Positions 54,992 through 64,000 of a stretch of DNA of 64,000 nt are shown piece after piece. A model generated the notes under the pieces. It was not told the DNA's origin. It was given only the letters and a program-made list of their open reading frames with translations, and did no database searches. The DNA is taken from NCBI GenBank assembly GCA_029953675.1, contig JAMWBK010000013.1:1-64000 (forward strand), written 5' to 3'. Each line of letters starts with the position of its first letter. The first letter of the stretch is position 1. The stretch comes from Rhodosorus marinus CCMP1338 (lineage: Eukaryota; Plantae; Rhodophyta). A program made the position numbers and the translations under genes.

Positions 54992-56080
54992 ATGAGGGCT
55001 GTTCATTCGCCCCCAATTTTGTCGGGTAGGGAGAAGGAGTACCTCGCCTTCACGCATTGGAAGCTGAAGGTAGAGATTTACTTGGAGTTCATCGAACTAG
55101 GGGGAACCTGGGAGGAACCAGGCTCAATGGCTGCAAAGGGCCTCAGCGACAAGGAGAGTCGCAAGGCGAGGGCGATAATGATATCCGCCCTGACGGACGG
55201 AGCCCTTGAGCTCGCGACGGAAGGGGGTGACGCGGCTTGGGAAATGTCGATCACACTGCAGGACAGAAACCTTCAAAAGAGAACTGTGAACCTGGAGCAG
55301 CTATGGAACCAGGTCTACAGGAAGCGGGTTGGGCCTACTGAATCAGCACGAGGCCTGGTCGAATGGTACGACGAACAATTCGCGGCATTTAAGGAAGCGC
55401 AGGGTGTACCCCTGGAAGACGGCGAGAAAACAAGGATCCTGAGGGATCAACGACAGGGAGGAGCTCAGCGTCCACCTCTACACGAGTCTGAGCAACACTC
55501 CGGACTTGAAGTGGAGGGATCTGGCTACGGACATCATCAACTATGATGAGATGTCACGATCTAGCCAAATGAGTCTCGGACAGGTCGGTGTGATACAAAG
55601 GAACAGTGGGAGTTCTAGCGGGAGCCGGAAGGGGAAACAGAACAAATTTCGGAATAGGAAGATGATGGACGTGTAATAGAACGGACTACAGAGAGTGCAG
55701 GAAGGAGAAGACCTGTGTGAATTGTAAGGGACTGTAAGAAACAGAGGAGCACTGGATCAGCAGGAGCAAAGTACAGCACAGCACTAAGGAGAACGACGGT
55801 TGACGCTAGTCTGTTGCGCACGCGATGCAGAAGGGGGAGGTGACACAACGGTGGCACTGGATGGGAAGAAAATAATTTTCGGGGAAGTTTACTACCTAAA
55901 ACCCTCCGAGATGAACCTTATCTCAATGCGAAAGGTGTTATCACACGGATATAGTTTAAAAGGCGTTATCAAGCGGATATAGTTTAAAAGGCGCTACCGG
56001 AGGTTAGTTTTCAATTAAGACCACACCAAGGTTTTCTGTGCAGGCATGGACGATTCAATGTACGAACTGGACTTGGGTTG
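54992..56080 (+). pseudogene. Decayed Ty1/copia-type LTR retrotransposon gag-protease remnant
   Basis: FTHWKLKVEIYL..GTW..KARAIMISALTD (copia gag N-terminus); CVNC..H knuckle remnant at 55714; EVYYLKPSEMNLISMRKVLSHGYSL (copia post-protease motif). No LTRs, integrase or RT recognised. Confidence 0.65.
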
Positions 56081-57827
56081 TAATATCGGATAGTCACTTG
56101 TGAGCAGTCGATGTCTGTATGGCACAACTCCTCTGCGGACTCTCCGACACTACTACCCTCAAATCCAGGTCATACATCGAATTACATCGAATCGTACATG
56201 TATGCATGGAAAACCGTGTTGTCGTCTTTATTGAAAACTAACCTCTGGTCTTCTTAATCTATATCCTTGCAATAAAACCTTTCGCATTGAGATTAGGTTC
56301 ATCTCGGAGGGTTTTAGGTAGTAAACTTCCCCAAAAACTATTTTCGTCCCATCCGGTGCCGTTGCCACCGTTGCCACCTCCCCCTTCCGGAGTTCGTCGC
56401 GATAAAAGACTGTGACTCTGCCGGCAGAAGAGATCCGTTTGTTGACAAGGGGGAGTGCTGGAATTCCATATGTGACCTAGGCCCCTCAATACTAGCCTAA
56501 GGCGAATGACTTGGTGTTGGTTTAGAAAAAAGGTAACGGTGCAATGCCCCTCCGTGGATCTCTTCATAACACTTCAAATGTGAATTACGCAACATAATTG
56601 AGTATAATGATTGAACAAATTCTCAATAGCATGCACAACTGAATTTCTGAAGAAAATAAATTGATTGATAGTTGGTCTATCGGCTCCCTTTTTTTGCTTT
56701 TTTCTGTGAATCGTATGACAAAATATAGGGGGAAAAAAACGGAGTTATTTGTTTATTTGTTTACTCTTACCATATTCTAATTGAAAACCCCAGATCTGGT
56801 ATTTTTTCATCAAGATAAAGGAACGATTCACCTTTTTGAGGACTCTCATGCTGGCCACCGTAAAAAGTCGTAGTGTGCGTACTCTCGCCAGGGAAAACAC
56901 AGGGGACGCAGGTGGAGCTGTACGTAGCCCAAGCTGGTGCTCACCACACCACGCGCGGTCAGAAAGGTGTTAAATACACGAGTGGCAGCTTTTTGTACCC
57001 CGGAGCAAGTGCGCACTATGGAGAGGGCAAGCCAGTGGAATTTGGCGTGGGTTTGGGACGGTGCTTTTGGGATAGCTGTGGGTGCTACAGTAAAGGTTGG
57101 TGAGTAGGCAATTGGACTTTGCGCTATAAATCGCGAATGGGGTTTCGCTGCAAGTCGCGAGCGCCAAGCGTTAGGCTGAGGCGTGAGATGGTCTGAATGA
57201 ATGGTCTAGTGTCATTGAAACGGTCGTTTTCGGGGCGTTGGAAGGACGGGAGAAGGATGGTTTTATGATCTCCTTTAGAGTTCGTGAGGGTAGATCAGAC
57301 GGTAGTCCTTTGACGAGGGGCTCCGGGTTGTCTTAAGTGCAAGCTGGGCGCGTAGAAACGGTGAGAGCTTGTTTAGGGTACATTTTTGTGAGAAAGCGAA
57401 GGCTGGGAGGAGGCGGGTGGGGGAGTAGAGTGCTGTGGAGGTGAAGCAGTAGCCAACTGAGTCGGTCTACGGTCCTCTAGCCTTTTGAAAAGTCCAGGGA
57501 GGGAGTTGAAAACCTTCGTTCTGTCAGGTTTTGCTTTGCGGCGATATAGAACGTGCCTTGAACTGCTTTGAAGCTATACGGTGGTGGTTTAGGGGGGGCC
57601 GAGAAGAGTTTGCTCCGCTAATTCAGTTACAGAGTGTAGCGCTGAGGATACGGAAGGGAAGAACCTAGGGTAGCCACACCCGGCTAAGAAGACCCATATC
57701 AAGGTAGGAGACAGCGTTCTAGTGCAGCTGATGCACAGGAAAGGTTCATGGTTACTACCGGACGGTAAGCGAGAAGGTGGAGAGGAAGAGCTGGGGTAGA
57801 TTGATGGACACACGGGAAGGCCGCAAG

Positions 57828-60224
57828 ATGAGAACCTGGTGGTTTGTGGTCCTAGGGGTGTCCTTTTCGCTGTCTTATGGGGTTAGCGAGGCTTCGGACC
57901 CGATCATCTTGGACTGTAGAACGGAGCTGAGGGACCAGGTTGTGGCAGCTCCGGCGGGTTCTGAGCTGATTGCTCCCGCGGGAGGATGCGAGTGGGTAAT
58001 TGAGAAGACTATCACAGTGAATACGAACGATATAACCATACGAGGGGTGCATGCAAAGCTGCGGGATGGGTTGGCGAAGATGATCCTTGTCGTGAACGGG
58101 GATGGGTTCACAATGTTTGATTGCGTGCTTACTGGGAACCGAGGAACGATTTACAAGAAACAGAGACGCTCGTTGCTCAGTCTTCGCGGGAGTGGCTTCC
58201 ACATCCAACGAGGGCGGTTCATCAACTCTACGAGGGACGGCATCAGTATTGCCCAAAAGGCTTATTCTACAACTGTCATTGACGGTGGAGTCGTACGAGA
58301 CATTGTGGGAATAGGGAACGATAGAGACACGGTCTCGGTCTCCACATGGGACTCATCTGTTGCGGCCACCAAAAACATCGTTGTAGATAACGTGCGAGCT
58401 TACGGCATCAGCAACAGGGGTGCTGTAGAAGTCAGTGACGGCGTAGAGAACATCATTGTTCGAAACATTTACTCCGAGCGTAATCAGTATGGTATATCGA
58501 TTCAGGATCACAGAGATTTGGACCAGAGGATCAGGAACATCACGATCTCCAACTTGAGCGCCTCCGACGTGGTGTATGGACTTCATACTCAGACCCAACC
58601 CGAAGTACAGCACTCCGACGTGAAGGTCAAAAGGCTAAATGTTGAGCGTGCATATATTCCGTTGTCTTTAAGGAACGTCAAACGGTTACGGCTCGACAGC
58701 GTCCGTGTCACTGGATCGGTGCCCCTGGAGTCCACGGTTTATGAGCTCCTCGATATCACGGAACCCCCGCTAAACTCCTCAACAATGGGTGTCATCACAA
58801 ACTGCCATGGACTGAGGATGAAGGACGTCTACATTTCGACGGGAGCGTCAACCACTGGTGCATTGTCAATCCAGCAGTGTGAAAATGTCAAGTTGAGATC
58901 ACTCGTGCTTGGCCGCGACTTTATAACCCCCCACGCGATCGTCTTCAAGATCGACTTCGGCCTGACCGATAGTGAACTGGTTTTACAAAACTCGCGGATC
59001 TCGAGCGCTAACAGTGCTTCAAAGGTTCTCTTCGTTCCACCCACTCCACCGGTACCATCTCCAACGCCTACTCCTGTCCCATCAGGGACACCGCTGCCGA
59101 CATCAGAGACCCCTACCCCATCCACAACGCCTGCAGTAGCCGACGGAAGCGCGCCTATCGTCGTTGTCGACTGCACTAGAGGTCTCGGCCAGCAGATCAA
59201 AGACGCCGCTCCATACTCCAAGCTCGTGCCGCCTGGTCCGGAATGTACCTTTGTGGTGAAGGGGGTGACTATTAAGAAGCCTGTTACCCTCTCTGGGATC
59301 AATATCCGGCAACATGATGCGGGCAGATCGCCATTAATAGTGAAATCTGAGGATGTGGTCATTGAAAACTGCAGCTTTGAAGGAGTTCGAAGACCTGATG
59401 ACGAGGAGGGTGGCCCTCTTCTGCTTATCCATCGCGGACTTGTCTCTGTTGAGAGCTGCAGCTTTATAATGTCGGCTGATGTGGGTGTGAAGGTTGTTCC
59501 GGGGGATGCGGAGATCCACGGGGTGATACTAAGGGGAATAACGGGCGAGAGTAACCGTAACGGTCTGATCACGGTTCAGGCTAATGAAAGCGCCAAGACT
59601 GGTGTCAAGCACGTAATTGTAGAGAATATCATTGCGAATCATGGCACGATGAACCAGCAGCACGCACTGAGAATTGAGAATGGGGTAGTGAACGCTTTCG
59701 TGGACGGGATTTTCGCCCGTGGCTGCGTCAATGCGGTCTCTGTTGGACATAGTGGAATAGTCGACACACCAAATCGAATAGCGCTGGTCAACGTGGAGGT
59801 TGTCGACGTCGACACGGGTGTTCTCGTTGATGGCGAGGTCCTCTGGAGGACTGAGATTTCGGTTGAGTCTCTTGATGTCCGCTCCAGCCGCCGAGCGATC
59901 TACATGAGATATGTTGAAGCCCCTGCCATATACAGGGTGAAAGTCTACGACTCCGTGTCTAAGTACTCTGGACAATTTCAGTTCGTCAAGTGTGACTATT
60001 TAATCGCCCGGACGATCACCTTGTACGGAAACAGTGGCAGTGACTCCGCCTTTACTGTGGAGAGCTCACGGACTGTCAGTATCATCTATGCAAGTCTTAG
60101 TCCAGGAACGAGTTACCTATACGGGGTCACCTTTTTCGACAACGTAGAGAACCTTGTCCGCGGGCTGCTTCTGAGCACAAACAACTTTGCCGCTGCTACT
60201 AACGGTGCTCTTAGAGTGCTTTAG
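57828..60224 (+). CDS. Secreted protein with two tandem pectin-lyase-like right-handed beta-helix domains and a Pro/Thr linker (798 aa)
   Basis: Signal peptide MRTWWFVVLGVSFSLSYGVSEA. Both halves start xxDC and contain I/V-x-x-N-I-x-x-x beta-coil repeats, separated by PPTPPVPSPTPTP. Intronless. Confidence 0.8.
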   Translation: MRTWWFVVLGVSFSLSYGVSEASDPIILDCRTELRDQVVAAPAGSELIAPAGGCEWVIEKTITVNTNDITIRGVHAKLRDGLAKMILVVNGDGFTMFDCVLTGNRGTIYKKQRRSLLSLRGSGFHIQRGRFINSTRDGISIAQKAYSTTVIDGGVVRDIVGIGNDRDTVSVSTWDSSVAATKNIVVDNVRAYGISNRGAVEVSDGVENIIVRNIYSERNQYGISIQDHRDLDQRIRNITISNLSASDVVYGLHTQTQPEVQHSDVKVKRLNVERAYIPLSLRNVKRLRLDSVRVTGSVPLESTVYELLDITEPPLNSSTMGVITNCHGLRMKDVYISTGASTTGALSIQQCENVKLRSLVLGRDFITPHAIVFKIDFGLTDSELVLQNSRISSANSASKVLFVPPTPPVPSPTPTPVPSGTPLPTSETPTPSTTPAVADGSAPIVVVDCTRGLGQQIKDAAPYSKLVPPGPECTFVVKGVTIKKPVTLSGINIRQHDAGRSPLIVKSEDVVIENCSFEGVRRPDDEEGGPLLLIHRGLVSVESCSFIMSADVGVKVVPGDAEIHGVILRGITGESNRNGLITVQANESAKTGVKHVIVENIIANHGTMNQQHALRIENGVVNAFVDGIFARGCVNAVSVGHSGIVDTPNRIALVNVEVVDVDTGVLVDGEVLWRTEISVESLDVRSSRRAIYMRYVEAPAIYRVKVYDSVSKYSGQFQFVKCDYLIARTITLYGNSGSDSAFTVESSRTVSIIYASLSPGTSYLYGVTFFDNVENLVRGLLLSTNNFAAATNGALRVL

Positions 60225-60909
60225 GCTTGCTTTGTTCTACTGTCTATGACCATTCTTTCACCACACCACTAAAAAGGGACAAAATCAAAGAAACTCCTCC
60301 GAGACCTCGCATTCTCAAAGTGATGACTTCTCTGGGGCGTCGACATATGGATTCGATCATTCAGTGTTGTGCGCTCATCCATTTTCCCCGACTTTTTCCC
60401 TTGGTTTGTCCCTCAAAAGAACAAAACAGAGAACAGCAATGAATGAACGAACGAATGTGTTGCGCGCTTATCCTTTCCACTCGGAAATTCGGTCCGTCTT
60501 TACTTCAAACTAACAAACAGCCAAGCCTGCTGGACAGGGTTTTATAGCTGTTTGGCTCCTACTTGTGGAGGAACATTCAATAGGTAAAATCCATGAAATC
60601 AGTACTAGTAAACCTCTGTTCTTGACCTGGTCAATCGTTCAAGGCGTTTTGCTCGACTTAGTAGACCGTTCACAGCTTCTTTTGTTTCCTTCCGACCGTT
60701 CACGACCTCTTTTGGTCCCTTCTAGGGCTGTCGTTTCTCGTTTCCTATTCAGGACTCCTCCTGAATAGGAAACGTTCTTCCCTTCCCACGTCTTGGTGAG
60801 TGGGATGTTGGAAATACAAGGCCTATGAGTCTCGTCTGTATCTCTTACCCGCACCTCTAATGGTACTGAACGCACTTTGCCGACTTCTTGAAGCAACATA
60901 TATACATAG

Positions 60910-63900
60910 TGAACGGGTTTTGGCTTACGTTAGGTTCGGGTTTTGAGTCGTATGCGGCCACGATTGTGCTCTTGTGGGAGGCGCTTCCTTTGGCTGCCCT
61001 TCCCCCCGCTGTTTCGCGTTGTGTGGTTTGCGCCTGGGGCTTTCTCTCTTCGTGTTGGGGGTTCGTTGTGCGGCCTTTGTCTTTTCGGGTTGGGCCGGGT
61101 TGGTTTTTGGCCGGGATTCGGGGAAGTTTCCTCACCACACTCTCTCGTGATGGTTGGGGTCTCCCCGAGCCCCGCTCCCTTGGGCGGGGAGCCTCACAGT
61201 AAGGAGGTGTTGACAGCAGGCGGACCGCGAGTTTGCCTGAGCTCAGGCCCTTTCTCGACGGTGGTGGATCTGCAGGGCGTGTCCGACAAGCAAGTGCGTG
61301 CCCTTTTGTCGGCAGTGACCAGCTTGGTCACCGCCGCCGGGGATAAGGGAGTCCTACCGCAGCTCACCCAGCGTCTCTGTGCGCTGGAATCGGGGCTGAC
61401 GGCGGATGCAAATTTGACGGTGGACAACGTGGCCGCGGTGGCCGCCAGACCTCAAGGCAGTCAAAATCAGGGGGTCAGTCAATATGTACCTGTCCCGGGA
61501 CAGGCGAGGGCTGCCGAATCCCCTCGGGACAGTGCGGATTTTGAGCGTGGAAAGGGGGTTCCCAACAAGCACCTGTGTTCGGGGCCTGGTGGTGACCGAG
61601 ATGGTCAACCCACGGGCACCGTCTTGGACGTGTGTGAAGATGTCTACCCTACCTTGCGCGGCACTACGGCAGCGCGCACAGCTGCAAAGGTCCGATTTTT
61701 ACCACCGAGTGAGGAGAATTAGGGAAACTCGGCAACACGTTTGCAATTTCTTTGGGTGGTAATGTGCGCCCGAAGCCCACACTGGGGCAGGTCCCGTCAA
61801 CGCTGGATTTTAGGCATACCTTTGCGAAATCACTGGGCTGAGGATTTCCTTTTCGCAAACTACGAGGGACACGGTGTTCTGTTCGTTGTGACATCGACTG
61901 CAGCCGCGTATATTCAGGCGCTGCTTCCTAAGCCAACAGACCAGTGGCCAGTAAGCGCCCGCTAGGTGCGCGAGACCCTCCAGGTGGTTCTCCTTTTCAT
62001 CCTTTGACCGTTTCTCCGGGCATTTCCTGGCACCGGGACAGATTGCCGGACTTTCTGAGAGGGAGAGCAGCGTGAAGGCGGCGGCCATCCATTGGTTCCG
62101 CATTCAACGCATTGAGAGGCTCCTGTTGGCGCGATTTCGTTAGCCATCTTCGTGAAGCAGTGTCGACTTTCTTTGATCGAGAGCGACGGTTGGTACTGCA
62201 GTCACGCTACGAAGGGGATTTACCGCGCATGGACGAGCTTGAGGGTTCAAGCGCCACCACTACTCCGTGGAGGGAGGCAATGAACGGAATGTCGGTGGAG
62301 GATACTCCAACGACCCTCCTGGACGCCTCGGGCACACTCAGGCGCGCCTCGGCAGTGGAAGAGCCAATACCTTAGTGCGACTACCAGGCAAGCGAGTAAG
62401 GACCGACTCCCCAGGGTCTAAGGGGGAGTTCCGCTGGTACGGCTGCGATGTCGCAGCCCCTGGACCTAAAGGGTCACGTTGAGCAGGTGGGAGGGGACTA
62501 GGGTGTTTGGAGAACGCAGTTTCGGAGTTGGCTTCAGAGGTGGCTTTCTTCGTTTGGGGGCTCACTTCCTCTGAGAGGCCGGATTCCACCGGTAGTACTG
62601 CCTCGCAGGGAGCTGATACAGGATGGGTGTATTTTGGACTTCATATCTGCGGGTTTGGCCCGCAATCTGCGGCATGTGGTTATGTGGAAATTCTTGGGGA
62701 TAATGCCGTGTTTGATCCTGGCCCCAGCTCGCACATCAGTGCGAAGCTGACATGTCCCGGACCGGCTCGAAATGTTCCTGCGAGGGGAATTTGAGGTGTT
62801 GCAAAGTGTGTATATGACGTCGCTCGAGGCCTCGCGGCGCACGGTCCAGTCCACGGGTGCCTCGCACGTGACGGCTCTGGTACAAAAGTTGGTAGAGGTT
62901 GGCGATTTGAGTCGAGCGACCCGGCTTTTGGAGGGACAGGCGCCTGTCCTCTCCTATGATGATCGGCTTGCGGACCCGGTATTCGCCTTACTTCCGTCGT
63001 CCGATGTGGAGTTCCAGCCAAATTTTGCGGCCCTTCTCGACCGATCAGAGTTGGCCCGCCTCCGCATAGATGTGCCGCTTCGCCAGTCCGATTTGGAGGA
63101 ACTTCTCCGTACCTCCCGCCGAGGACGTTCCCCTGGGCCTTCAGGCCTTCGTACGGAATTATTTCAGGCTTTGAGCGAGAGGGGCCGACGTACATTGGTG
63201 AAGATTCTGAATGAGTTTTTAGTTAGTTTTGCAGTGAACTGTACGCATGTCCACACCGTGGGCACACTTACAGCGGGCGCAGCTTTGTTTGATTGCGAAA
63301 GCCGATCACTCGCCTGAACATCCCGTCTCCGGGGCATCGGAATGATTGAGAGCACTCGGAAGTTAGCCGGGAGGTGGGCTATGACCGCGACTACGCCAGC
63401 GTGTTACAGCTTTTTTGGCTCCTCATCAAATGGGAGTAGGGTCTTTCTAGGGAGATACGAACTGATTACCCATGCGATCGAGCTCGTGCGGGCCCCTAAG
63501 CCGACCTGGCTTAGTGGCATCTTGGTTATTGATTTCCGGAACGCTTTCAACAGCGTATCCCGGACGCACGCACTGGAGGTGGTTCGAAGGGTTTTTCCTG
63601 AGACTTTGCCTTTTTTAGCTGGGATCAACGGGGGAACAGGCCTCCCTACATGTCAGAGGGGATTGAAGTTTCTGAAGCATACATAGGGGTACAAAAAGGG
63701 GACCCTTGTGGGCCGGTCCTTCACGCCTGTGCCTTGCAGCTCGCTTTGTTGCAAGTCGCGACCGAGATGGAGGACCTACGCATCTGTGCATATCATGACG
63801 ATGTGACGTTGATGGGTAGTCCTACGGACTTAGATCGGGGGTTGACCGGGATCCAAGCCCTAGCAAGTGAGGTGGGGTCGATAGTCAAACCGGAGAAAAC

Positions 63901-64000
63901 AACGCTTTCGCCCAGAGAAGCCCCTCCGGGCAGTCTCCCCGACGCTCTGAGGCATGTTTGCCAACTGAGGGTCTGATGCATCATTGTATAGGGTTGGGGA
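60910..64000 (+). mobile_element. Decayed lineage A3 element with intact 5' end (ORF1 from 61150, ORF2 from about 62460), running off the right edge
   Basis: MVGVSP start, KRVRTDSPGSKG, inter-ORF hairpin at 62441, QKLVEVGDLSRA, DFRNAFNS, GVQKGDPCGP, AYHDD; many frameshifts. Confidence 0.88.

Overview
Eukaryotic nuclear DNA (species not identifiable from sequence; compact, intron-poor, one clear 87-bp GT-AG intron). About 55-60% of the window is non-LTR retrotransposons of the RT + restriction-like endonuclease (RLE) type, with CRE/SLACS-clade motifs (RPIG, QVGVG, DFxNAFN, GVQQGDP, YHDD, LPLRLGG, CCHC finger, RH, AD/PD..D..K, PFxxExFG). Three divergent lineages are present, here called A (subfamilies A1-A3), B and C. 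They occur as full-length two-ORF copies (about 4.8 kb), 5'-truncated copies, and an internally deleted derivative, mostly in same-polarity head-to-tail runs. Between the runs are four host genes, all with signal peptides: a 67-aa-repeat protein, a 2160-aa mosaic adhesin-like protein, an RTX-repeat protein with an intron missed by the ORF track, and a double beta-helix protein. There is also a decayed Ty1/copia gag-protease remnant. The most interesting signals are: multi-family head-to-tail concatemers without visible target-site duplications; tails made of a reiterated terminal 9-10-mer; an ORF1 domain I cannot assign, shared by all three lineages; a 5' motif shared by A and B (23 bp identical in two copies); a loop-variable hairpin just before the ORF2 start; and a G-rich 16-mer that may be the target of lineage C.
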